This document shows, one piece after another, positions 9,586 to 17,943 of a stretch of 30,607 nt of DNA. The DNA comes from Betaproteobacteria bacterium (GTDB taxonomy: Bacteria > Pseudomonadota > Gammaproteobacteria > Burkholderiales > SG8-39), in assembly GCA_016867955.1 (NCBI GenBank), contig VGIE01000001.1, positions 1 through 30,607 of the forward strand, written 5' to 3'. Within the stretch, counting starts at the first letter, position 1. Each line of letters opens with the position of its first letter. A model generated the notes under the pieces. That model made no database searches. It had not been told where the DNA came from and saw only the letters and a list, made by a program, of their open reading frames with translations. The translations under genes and the position numbers were made by a program.

Positions 9586-12500
9586 TGAGGCGCTTCAACC
9601 TCTCCGAGTGGGCGCTCGAGCACCGCGGCTTCGTGCTGTTCGTGATGGTGGTACTGGCGGTACTGGGCACGCTGTCGTACCAGAAACTGGGCCAGTCCGA
9701 GGACCCGCCATTCACCTTCAAGGTGATGGTGATCCGCAGCAACTGGCCGGGCGCCAGCGCGCGCGAAGTGGAACTGCAACTCACCGACAAGATCGAGAAG
9801 AAGCTGCAGGAGGCCCCAAACCTGGACGTGCTGCGCAGCTACTCCAAGCCGGGCGAGTCGCTGGTGTTCTTCATCATGAAGGATTCCGCGCCGCCCGGCG
9901 AGGTCCCCAACACCTGGTACCAGGTGAGGAAGAAGGTCGCCGACATCCGCCACGCGCTGCCGGCCGGCGTGCAGGGGCCGTTCTTCAACGACGAGTTCGG
10001 CGACACCTTCGGTAACCTGTACGCGCTGGTCGGCGATGGCTTCGACTACGCCGCGCTGAAGGCACATGCCGAGCGCGTGCGGGAAGGGCTGCTGCGCGTG
10101 CGCGACGTTGCCAAGGTGGACCTGCTCGGTGCGCAGGACGAGAAGGTCTTCGTCGAGCTGTCCAACGTCAGGCTGGCCACGCTCGGCATCGACCCCAACC
10201 AGCTGATCGCGACCCTGCAGGGGCAGAACGCCATCGCCGCCGCCGGCGCCTTCGAGACTGCCAGCGACAAGATCTACCTGCGCGCCAGCGGCGGATTCGA
10301 GAGCGTCGAGGCCATCCGCGACCTGTCGATCCGCCTCGGCACGCGGCTGTTCAGGCTCGGCGACATCGCGAAGGTCTATCGGGGCTACAGCGATCCGCCG
10401 CAGCCCAAGCTGCGCTACATGGGCAAGGACGTCGTCGGGCTGGCCGTATCGATGGCGCCCGGCGGGGACATCATCGAGCTCGGCCGCCACCTCGAAGTCG
10501 CGGCGCGGCAACTGCAGGCCGCGCTGCCGGTCGGTGTCGACCTGGTGTCCTACTCCAGCCAGCCGCAGGCCGTGGCACGCTCGATCAACGAATTCGTGCG
10601 CACGCTCGCCGAGGCCGTGGTCATCGTGCTGGCAGTGAGCCTCGTCTCGCTCGGGCTGCGCACCGGCATCGTGGTAGCCCTGTCGATCCCCCTGGTGCTG
10701 GCCGCGACCTTCCTGTTCATGAACATCTTTGGCGTGGGGCTGCACAAGATCTCGCTCGGCGCGCTGATCCTGGCCCTCGGCCTGCTGGTCGACGATGCCA
10801 TCATCGCCGTCGAGATGATGGCGATCAAGATGGAGCAGGGCTGGGACCGCGTGAAGGCGGCAAGCTTCGCCTATACCTCGACGGCCATGCCCATGTTGAC
10901 GGGTACGCTGGTGACAGTGGCGGGATTCCTGCCGATCGCCACGGCGGCCTCGGCGACGGGGGAGTACACGCGCTCGATCTTCCAGGTCAACGCCATCGCG
11001 CTGGCGGTGTCCTGGATTGCCGCGGTGGTCTTCATCCCCTACCTCGGGTACAAGCTGCTGCCCGACCTGTCGAAAAAGCACGCGCATCGCCGAGGCGACG
11101 GGATCGCTGCGGAACACGCGGTGTACGACACGCCGTTCTACCGACGATTCCGGCAACTCGTCGAGTGGTGCGTACGCTTTCGCAAAACGGTGGTCCTCGT
11201 CACCGTCGGCCTCTTCGCCCTGTCCGTGGCGGGTTTCGGCCTTCTGCAGCAGCAGTTCTTCCCCGCCTCCACGCGCCCGGAACTGCTGGTCGACCTGCGC
11301 CTGCCGGAGGGCTCCTCGCTGCAGGCCACCGAAGCCGAGGTACGAAAACTCGAAGTCATCCTGTCGGCGGAAGCAGGCATCGAGAACTTCGTTGCCTACG
11401 TCGGCACCGGCAGCCCGCGCTTCTACCTGCCGCTCGACCAGCAGATGCCCTCCGGCAACTTCGCCCAGTTCGTGGTGCTGACCCGGGGCCTGAAGGAGCG
11501 CGAGGCCCTGCGCGAACGCATGATCAGGCTGTTCGACAGCGAGTTTGCGCTGCTGCGCGCCAACATCACGCGACTGGAGAACGGCCCGCCGGTGGGATTC
11601 CCGGTGCAGTTTCGCGTCTCCGGCGAGGACACCCCCACGGTGCGCCGCCTGGCGGCCGATGTGGCGGCGGTGATGCGTGATAATAATAATGTACAGAACG
11701 TACATATGGACTGGGATGAACTATCCAAAGTGATCAGAATAAAAATGGATCAGAACAAGGCGCGGGTGCTGGGCCTGTCCTCTCAGGAACTGTCGATGCT
11801 GCTGAATACCTCTCTCAACGGCATCGCCACAACGACCTTCCGCGAGCAGGACAAGTCGATCGAGGTGCTGCTGCGCGGCGCGCCCGAGGAGCGCATGAAC
11901 CTTGCCTACCTGCGCGACCTAGCCGTACCCACCCGCAGCGGCAAGAGCGTGCCGCTGGCGCAGTTGGCCGACATCGACTACGGCTTCGAGGACGGCGTGA
12001 TCTGGCGCCGCGATCGACGGCCGACCATCACCGTACGCGCCAATGTCTACGGCGACGTGCAGCCGCCCGCGGTGACGGCGGCCATCAGCCCGCGGCTGGA
12101 TGCCGTACGGGCGAAGCTGCCGGACGGCTACCGCCTGGAAACGGGCGGCACGGTTGAGGACTCCTCGAAGGGGCAGCAGTCGGTGCAGGCGGGCATCCCG
12201 CTCTTCATCGTCGTGGTGCTGACGGTGCTCATGCTGCAGCTGCAGAGCTTTCAGCGCGTGCTGCTCGTGGTGCTCACCGCGCCGCTCGGGCTGATCGGCG
12301 TGGTGCTGTTCCTGCTCGCCTTCAACGTGCCGTTCGGCTTTGTTGCCATGCTGGGCACCATCGGGCTGTCGGGCATGATCATGCGCAACTCGGTGATCCT
12401 CGTCGACCAGATCGAACAGGACATCGCCGCCGGACTGACGCCCTGGAACGCGGTCGTCGAGGCGACCGTCCGGCGCTTCAGGCCCATCACCCTGACATCG

Positions 12501-12683
12501 GCGGCGGCGGTGCTGGCGATGATTCCGCTGACGCGTAGTGCGTTCTTCGGTCCCATGGCCGTGGCCATCATGGGCGGCCTGATCGTCGCCACGGTCCTGA
12601 CGCTGCTGTTCCTGCCGGCGCTGTATGCCACATGGTTCAGGGTCAGAGCCGACGCCGGTTCGGCGCGCGGCGCAACGGGTTAA
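9585..12683 (+). CDS. RND efflux transporter permease (HAE1-type, 1032 aa)
   Basis: MRRFNLSEWAL start, KLGQSEDPPFTFK, TM4 GLLVDDAIIAVE, TM10 GMIMRNSVILVD, RFRPITLT. TGATG overlap with the adaptor stop. Confidence 0.97.
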   Translation: MRRFNLSEWALEHRGFVLFVMVVLAVLGTLSYQKLGQSEDPPFTFKVMVIRSNWPGASAREVELQLTDKIEKKLQEAPNLDVLRSYSKPGESLVFFIMKDSAPPGEVPNTWYQVRKKVADIRHALPAGVQGPFFNDEFGDTFGNLYALVGDGFDYAALKAHAERVREGLLRVRDVAKVDLLGAQDEKVFVELSNVRLATLGIDPNQLIATLQGQNAIAAAGAFETASDKIYLRASGGFESVEAIRDLSIRLGTRLFRLGDIAKVYRGYSDPPQPKLRYMGKDVVGLAVSMAPGGDIIELGRHLEVAARQLQAALPVGVDLVSYSSQPQAVARSINEFVRTLAEAVVIVLAVSLVSLGLRTGIVVALSIPLVLAATFLFMNIFGVGLHKISLGALILALGLLVDDAIIAVEMMAIKMEQGWDRVKAASFAYTSTAMPMLTGTLVTVAGFLPIATAASATGEYTRSIFQVNAIALAVSWIAAVVFIPYLGYKLLPDLSKKHAHRRGDGIAAEHAVYDTPFYRRFRQLVEWCVRFRKTVVLVTVGLFALSVAGFGLLQQQFFPASTRPELLVDLRLPEGSSLQATEAEVRKLEVILSAEAGIENFVAYVGTGSPRFYLPLDQQMPSGNFAQFVVLTRGLKEREALRERMIRLFDSEFALLRANITRLENGPPVGFPVQFRVSGEDTPTVRRLAADVAAVMRDNNNVQNVHMDWDELSKVIRIKMDQNKARVLGLSSQELSMLLNTSLNGIATTTFREQDKSIEVLLRGAPEERMNLAYLRDLAVPTRSGKSVPLAQLADIDYGFEDGVIWRRDRRPTITVRANVYGDVQPPAVTAAISPRLDAVRAKLPDGYRLETGGTVEDSSKGQQSVQAGIPLFIVVVLTVLMLQLQSFQRVLLVVLTAPLGLIGVVLFLLAFNVPFGFVAMLGTIGLSGMIMRNSVILVDQIEQDIAAGLTPWNAVVEATVRRFRPITLTSAAAVLAMIPLTRSAFFGPMAVAIMGGLIVATVLTLLFLPALYATWFRVRADAGSARGATG

Positions 12684-12740
12684 CCTCCAGCTGATGCCCC
12701 CATGGATGCCGGGTGCCCCTGATTTTCAACAAAGTAGCGG

Positions 12741-12749
12741 TGATAGAAT
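12741..12749 (+). promoter_or_regulatory. Extended -10 promoter candidate for pcm-rhodanese(-tolC)
   Basis: TGaTAGAAT in an AT-rich intergenic stretch ~100 nt upstream of the pcm ATG; no recognisable -35. Confidence 0.5.
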
Positions 12750-12846
12750 ATCTTTCCGCCACGGCCTCGGGCTGCACTTGGCCTCAACTGACAAAGCGTT
12801 GGCGCTCCGGCCCCCTGACGCCCCCCGTCCATAGCCCAGCAGGCCC

Positions 12847-13512
12847 ATGAATATCGAACAGGCACGTTTCAACATGGTCGAGCAGCAGATTCGGACCTGG
12901 GAGGTGCTGGATCAGAATGTGCTCGACCTCCTTTACGTGGTCCGGCGCGAGGCGTTTGTTCCGCCCGCTTACCGCGCCCTCGCCTTCTCCGATCTCGAGG
13001 TCCCCCTCAGCGACAGGGCGGCTGAAGGAGAGCGCATGTGGCAGCCCAAGATGGAAGCCCGCGTGCTGCAGGAGCTTGCCATCCGCAGGACCGACGTGAT
13101 CCTCGAGGTGGGCACCGGCTCGGGCTACCTGACAGCGCTGCTGGCGTACCGCGCGCAGCGCGTCATCTCCGTGGAGATCAGCCCGGCGCTCAAGGCGATG
13201 GGCGAAGCCAACCTGCGCGTGCGGCAGGTTGAGAATGTCGCGGTCGAGCTGGGGGATGCCGCGCGCGGCTGGGAGCGGCATGGCCCCTACGATGTCATCG
13301 TGCTGACCGGATCGACGCCGGTGCTGCCGCAGGCGCTGCTCGAGCAAATGAAGCCGGGAGGCAGGCTCTTCGCCATCGTCGGCGATGCACCGGTCATGTC
13401 TGCGCGCCTGGTGACCTGCCGCGCCCCGGGCTCCTACGACTCGTTGGACCTGTTCGAGACGAATCTTCCGGCGCTGCGCAATGCCCAGCAGCCCGAGCGT
13501 TTCAAGTTCTGA
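12847..13512 (+). CDS. pcm: Protein-L-isoaspartate O-methyltransferase family protein
   Basis: EQARFNMVEQQIRTW, RREAFVP, ILEVGTGSGYLTALLA SAM motif, PYDVIVLTGS, MKPGGRLFAIVG. Confidence 0.9.
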   Translation: MNIEQARFNMVEQQIRTWEVLDQNVLDLLYVVRREAFVPPAYRALAFSDLEVPLSDRAAEGERMWQPKMEARVLQELAIRRTDVILEVGTGSGYLTALLAYRAQRVISVEISPALKAMGEANLRVRQVENVAVELGDAARGWERHGPYDVIVLTGSTPVLPQALLEQMKPGGRLFAIVGDAPVMSARLVTCRAPGSYDSLDLFETNLPALRNAQQPERFKF

Positions 13513-13533
13513 AACAGACCCGCCCCCGCCGGC

Positions 13534-13857
13534 ATGCGTTACCTGACACCCTCGCAGCTCTCGGAATGGCTCGGTGACGGCTCGCGGACGAAGCCACTGC
13601 TGCTTGATGTGCGGGAACCCTGGGAGTTCCAGCTGTGCCACCTCGAGGGCTCGGTTCATGTACCGATGGCGGCGATCCCATTGCGCAAGGACGAACTCGA
13701 CCCGGCGCAGGAAACGGTTGTCATCTGCCATCATGGCGCGCGCAGCTTTCAGGCAGCCAGCTACCTGGAGCGCAACGGCTTCGATAACCTGTACAACCTG
13801 GAAAGCGGCATCGACGGCTGGGCGCGCACGGTGGATCCGGCCATGGCGAAATACTGA
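13534..13857 (+). CDS. Single-domain rhodanese-like sulfurtransferase
   Basis: LLDVREPWE, active-site loop VICHHGARS, YNLESGIDGW. Confidence 0.92.
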   Translation: MRYLTPSQLSEWLGDGSRTKPLLLDVREPWEFQLCHLEGSVHVPMAAIPLRKDELDPAQETVVICHHGARSFQAASYLERNGFDNLYNLESGIDGWARTVDPAMAKY

Positions 13858-14085
13858 TTGGCCATGTCAGGAAGGCTGAAACGAACGCTGATGTGGGGAG
13901 CTCGGGGGAAATATCCCCTCAATCGTGAACTGACCTCTTGGAGCGCCTTGCAGAATTGCCGTAAGGCGCCCTGACTTAGGGGAGCGCGAGGGTATGTGTC
14001 CCCTCGCATTGTTAGGCACTCCTGGTGTGGCAACCGGATTCACGCTGTACGCATTGACACCGATACGAAGCGAGGCTGGTCTATC

Positions 14086-15447
14086 ATGCAGAATCAAGTC
14101 GACGTGTTCAATTTCCGCCAATCGGCTGCCGTGCTGGTTTGCGCCCTCGCGTTCGCGGCCCCCGCCCGATCGGCAGACCTGCTGCAGATCTTCCGCGATG
14201 CCCGTGCCAATGACGCTGCCTACGCTTCCGCGCGCGCCGCTCTCGAGGCCGGACGCGAGAAGCTGCCCCAGGGCAAGGCGCTGCTGCTGCCGACCATCAA
14301 TCTCACCGGCAACTCGACCTACAACGAGGTCGACTCGCGGTTGCGTTCCGGACTGACCGCCGGCCAGTGGTTCAACCGGCCGTTCAACTCGAACGGCTAC
14401 ACGCTGACGCTGTCTCAGCCCCTGTACCGCATGCAGAACTGGACGCAGTACGAGCAGGCGGAGTTCCAGGTGGCGCAGTCCGAGGCGGTATTCGGCCAGG
14501 CCAGCCAGGATCTCATCCTGCGCGTTTCGCAGGTCTATTTCGACGTGCTCGCCTCGCAGGACAGCCTGGCGACCATCCAGGCGCAGAAGGCTGCCATCGC
14601 CGAGCAGCTGGCCCAGGCACGGCGCAATTTCGAAGTCGGCACGGCGACGATCACCGATACCCACGAGGCGCAGGCCCGCTTCGACCTTTCGACGTCGCAG
14701 GAAATCGCCGCGCAGAACGATCTCGAGTTCAAGCAGCGCGCCTTGCAGCAACTGATCGGGCGCTACCCCGAGTCGCTCGCCAAACTCAAGCCGAAGCTGC
14801 AATTGTCACCGCCGCAGCCGGCCGTCATGGAAACCTGGACGGAATCCGCCCAACGCCAGAATTACGCCGTGCGAGTCCAGGAGGCCGGGTTCGAAATTGC
14901 GTCGCGGGAGGTAAAACGCAGCCGGGCAGGGCATCTGCCGACCCTGGATGTGGTCGGCACGTACGGCACGACTTCGGCGGGCAACAGCGCGGCCTCCGGC
15001 ATCGGCAGCGACCAGAAATTCACCACGATCGGCCTGCAATTTGCGGTGCCCATCTACAGCGGCGGCGGCGTCAACTCGCGCATTCGCGAAGCCATTGCCA
15101 GCCAGGACAAGTCGCGCGCCGACCTGGAGAACAGCCGCCGGCAGGCTGCGCTGGCGGCGCGCCAATCCTACTTGGGTGTCACCAACGGCATGGCGCAGGT
15201 GCGCGCGCTGGAACAGGCGCTGCTGTCCTCGGAAACCGCACTGGCCTCAAACAAACTGGGCTATGAGGTCGGCGTGCGCATCAACATCGATGTGCTGAAC
15301 TCGCAGCAGCAGGTATTCTCGACCCAGCGCGATCTCTCCAAGGCGCGCTACGACACGCTGCTCAACGGCTTGCGGCTGAAGGCGGCGGCCGGAACGCTGT
15401 CGGAAGCCGATCTCGAGGAAGTCAACCGGTTGCTTGGCAGCGACTAG
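14086..15447 (+). CDS. tolC: TolC family outer membrane channel
   Basis: Signal peptide ending APARSA-DLL; QDLILRVSQVYFDVL, NFEVGTATITDTHEAQARFD, GYEVGVRINIDVLN. Start placed at MQNQ (14086) with GAGG upstream, not at the ORF-track 13996. Confidence 0.93.
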   Translation: MQNQVDVFNFRQSAAVLVCALAFAAPARSADLLQIFRDARANDAAYASARAALEAGREKLPQGKALLLPTINLTGNSTYNEVDSRLRSGLTAGQWFNRPFNSNGYTLTLSQPLYRMQNWTQYEQAEFQVAQSEAVFGQASQDLILRVSQVYFDVLASQDSLATIQAQKAAIAEQLAQARRNFEVGTATITDTHEAQARFDLSTSQEIAAQNDLEFKQRALQQLIGRYPESLAKLKPKLQLSPPQPAVMETWTESAQRQNYAVRVQEAGFEIASREVKRSRAGHLPTLDVVGTYGTTSAGNSAASGIGSDQKFTTIGLQFAVPIYSGGGVNSRIREAIASQDKSRADLENSRRQAALAARQSYLGVTNGMAQVRALEQALLSSETALASNKLGYEVGVRINIDVLNSQQQVFSTQRDLSKARYDTLLNGLRLKAAAGTLSEADLEEVNRLLGSD

Positions 15448-15452
15448 AAACG

Positions 15453-16751
15453 TCAGGATGCCCTGACGTCCAGCAGGCTCTCGACGATGGTGACGACGCG
15501 CTCGGTGGCGCCGCGATGCTGCCGGCAAAACGCCAGGCCCGCCTGCCGCATGCGGTCACGCGCGCTCGCATCACCCAAGAGGCGCCCGGCCTCGCGGACC
15601 AGCGCGCGGGCATCGGCAAGCCGCACCGCGGCCCCGGCGGCGACAGCCTCCTCGGCGGCCTGTGCGAAATTGTGGGTATGCGGGCCGATGAGCACGGGCA
15701 CACCCGCAGCGCAGGCCTCGATAAGGTTCTGGCCGCCCAACTGCAAAAGGCTGCCGCCAACGAAGGCACAGTCGGCGGCAGCGTAATAGGCGGCCATTTC
15801 CCCGAGGCTATCGCCCAGCACGTAGCGACAGTCCGCCGGCACATCGATTTTTTCGCTGCGGCGAACATAACGCAGCGACAAGCGCTCGAACAAGGCGCCC
15901 ACATCGCGAAAGCGCTGCGGATGCCGCGGAACGATGACGACCAGGACGTCGGACGGCAACCCGGCCGCCTCGCGGAGGGCCTCCAGCAGCAGGAGCTCCT
16001 CGCCCTCGCGAGTGCTGGCGGCGAGGAACACCGGGCGCGCGCCGAAGCGCGCCCGCAGCGCCCTGCCTGGTTCCGCGCCGGGCCCGGCGGGTGCCGCTGC
16101 CGCGACATCGAACTTCAGGTTGCCCGCGACCTGCAGCGCCGCGCGACGCGCGCCCAGCGCGGCAAGACGCTCCGCGTCGGCTTCGGTCTGCGCTGCAATC
16201 GCGGACAGCCGCCCGAATGTGTCGCGCACCAGATCGCCGGCCAGCGCATAGCCACGGGCTGACTTCTCCGACATGCGCGCATTGGAGAGGAGCAGCGGCA
16301 CGCGCTGCTCCTCGCAGGCCCGGACAAGGTTTGGCCAGACTTCGGTTTCCATGAGAATCCCCAGCTGCGGCCGAAAGCGCCTCAGGAAGCTGCGCACCGC
16401 AAACGGATAGTCGTAGGGCAGCCAGGCCAGCACGACCCGCGGCATGTCCGCGAACAGCTGCAGGGCCGTCTGGCGCCCGGTGGCCGTCATGTGCGTGACC
16501 AGCAGCGTGGCCCCGGGATGACGTTCGGCCAGCGCCCGGACCAGCAGCTCGGCGGCACGCGTCTCGCCCATCGAGACGGCGTGCAGCCAGATCAGCGGCC
16601 TGCCGCCAAGTTCAAAGGCGGCACGATAGCGGCCGAAGCGCTCGCCGATCTCCGTGCGGTATCCCGGTTCGCGCAGGCCGCGCCACCACAGGCGCAGCAT
16701 CACCAGCGGCAGCAGGCACCAGAGCAGGAGCCGATAGACCCGTCGTGCCAT
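15453..16751 (-). CDS. waaA: 3-deoxy-D-manno-octulosonic acid (Kdo) transferase
   Basis: IWLHAVSMGET, METEVWPNL, NARMSEKS, GNLKFD, VPRHPQRF, GGQNLIEA. TGATG overlap with waaC. Confidence 0.96.
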   Translation of the reverse strand: MARRVYRLLLWCLLPLVMLRLWWRGLREPGYRTEIGERFGRYRAAFELGGRPLIWLHAVSMGETRAAELLVRALAERHPGATLLVTHMTATGRQTALQLFADMPRVVLAWLPYDYPFAVRSFLRRFRPQLGILMETEVWPNLVRACEEQRVPLLLSNARMSEKSARGYALAGDLVRDTFGRLSAIAAQTEADAERLAALGARRAALQVAGNLKFDVAAAAPAGPGAEPGRALRARFGARPVFLAASTREGEELLLLEALREAAGLPSDVLVVIVPRHPQRFRDVGALFERLSLRYVRRSEKIDVPADCRYVLGDSLGEMAAYYAAADCAFVGGSLLQLGGQNLIEACAAGVPVLIGPHTHNFAQAAEEAVAAGAAVRLADARALVREAGRLLGDASARDRMRQAGLAFCRQHRGATERVVTIVESLLDVRAS

Positions 16752-17716
16752 CAGAGTGCCTGCAACGCGGACAGGGCATCGACGACATCATCCGGTGTTG
16801 CGGGCGCGCCGATGTGGCCGAGATTGCGCGCCCGCGGCGCGCCATAGACCCCGGTCAACGCCGGGTCCGACGCCAGGAAAAGCGCCACGACAGGCCGCCC
16901 CAACGCGCCGGCAAGGTGCGTAATCCCGGTATCGACGCCGACCACCATGGCACTCGAGGCCAGCAGGCCGGCCACTTCATCCAGCGTCATGCGCCCGGGG
17001 ACGACGGCCCCGGGAACGGCCGCTGCAATCGCCTCGCTGCGCGCGCGCTCGGCATCTGAGCCCCAGGGCAGCACGCAGTCGATGCCTGCCGCGTCAAGGC
17101 GCCCTCCCAGGACGATCCAGGAATCGACGGGCCACAGCTTGTCCGGGCGACTGCTGCCGTGGAGAATGGCGCAGCGCCTGCGTCCTGATGCCGGCACCGC
17201 CTCCGATGCGCCTGCCGAGGCGCGCAGTCCAAAGTCGGCGGGCGTGTCGATGCGGTATCCCAGCGCGGCGGCGGCCAGCAGGCGGTTGCGCACGACCGCG
17301 TGCTGGCCCCGCGCGACATGGTGCTTCAAGTCGTAGAAGCGGGCTGCCAGCGGTTCGCGCGCGGAGCCCACGTCGAATCCGTGCCTTCGACCGCGCGCGG
17401 CGCGCGCGATCAGCGTGCTCTTGAGCAACCCCTGCGTATCGATGATGGCGTCGTAGAGTTCGGCCTGCGACAGGCGCTGGAATTCCGCCAATTCCTTCCA
17501 TGTCGATGGCCCGAGGACCTGGCTGCGCCAGCGCCGGACCGCAACCGGGATGACGCGCCGCACGGCGGGATGCATGCGCGCAAGCGCAACGAAGGGCTCT
17601 TCAACCACCCAGTCAATGGTCGCATCGGGAAAATGCCGCCTCACGTCCGTAGCCACCGGCAGGTTGTGGACGACGTCACCGAGCGAGGAAGTCTTGACGA
17701 GGAGGACACGTAACAT
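16751..17716 (-). CDS. waaC: Lipopolysaccharide heptosyltransferase I (GT9)
   Basis: MLRVLLVKTSSLGDVVHNLP, IDWVVEE, IDTQGLLKS, SSRPDKLWP, VGVDTGITHLA. Start set at 17716; the frame stays open up to ATG 17863. Confidence 0.93.
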   Translation of the reverse strand: MLRVLLVKTSSLGDVVHNLPVATDVRRHFPDATIDWVVEEPFVALARMHPAVRRVIPVAVRRWRSQVLGPSTWKELAEFQRLSQAELYDAIIDTQGLLKSTLIARAARGRRHGFDVGSAREPLAARFYDLKHHVARGQHAVVRNRLLAAAALGYRIDTPADFGLRASAGASEAVPASGRRRCAILHGSSRPDKLWPVDSWIVLGGRLDAAGIDCVLPWGSDAERARSEAIAAAVPGAVVPGRMTLDEVAGLLASSAMVVGVDTGITHLAGALGRPVVALFLASDPALTGVYGAPRARNLGHIGAPATPDDVVDALSALQAL

Positions 17717-17872
17717 GTTGTTGTGCTCGGTAATGTCTGGACGCTTTTCCCGGCCACCCTCATGCCTCGGGATCGGTCCGGCATGACGCCCGCCAGGTCT
17801 CATCGATGGCGCGTACCGCTCCCAAACGGAAAACACGCCGGCCAAGGGAAGCACCAGCAGCATCAGGCGGGC

Positions 17873-17881
17873 TGGTAGAAT
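17873..17881 (+). promoter_or_regulatory. Extended -10 promoter candidate for the GT2-rfb operon
   Basis: TGgTAGAAT about 60 nt upstream of the TTG start at 17944. Confidence 0.5.
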
Positions 17882-17899
17882 TGCACGTCTAACTTGTTG

Positions 17900-17929
17900 A
17901 TTATACGTTTTTCTCTCTCCTCAATTGGA
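17900..17929 (-). promoter_or_regulatory. Sigma70 promoter candidate for waaC-waaA
   Basis: Minus strand TTCCAA-N18-TATAAT, with a perfect -10 at 17905-17900. Confidence 0.55.
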
Positions 17930-17943
17930 AGGCCAGAACCCTG

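Noticed and set aside
9561-11705. 714-aa minus-strand ORF opposite the RND permease
   Set aside because: Antisense shadow. Its odd start MYVLYIIII is just the complement of the AT-rich patch.
11676-11756. AT-rich patch as a diversity-generating retroelement template or variable repeat
   Set aside because: No second near-identical copy and no reverse transcriptase in the window; such systems deplete rather than add adenines in the target.
13876-13896. GAAAC...CTGATG as a hammerhead ribozyme core
   Set aside because: CUGAUGU rather than CUGANGA, and no room for the stems.
14054-14087. Perfect TTGACA upstream of tolC
   Set aside because: The hexamer at 17-nt spacing is TGGTCT; the nearest TAnnnT is 22 nt away and overlaps the start codon.
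17869-17884. GGCTGGTAGAATTG as an ops/JUMPStart element ahead of rfb
   Set aside because: It does not match GGCGGTAG and is better explained as an extended -10.
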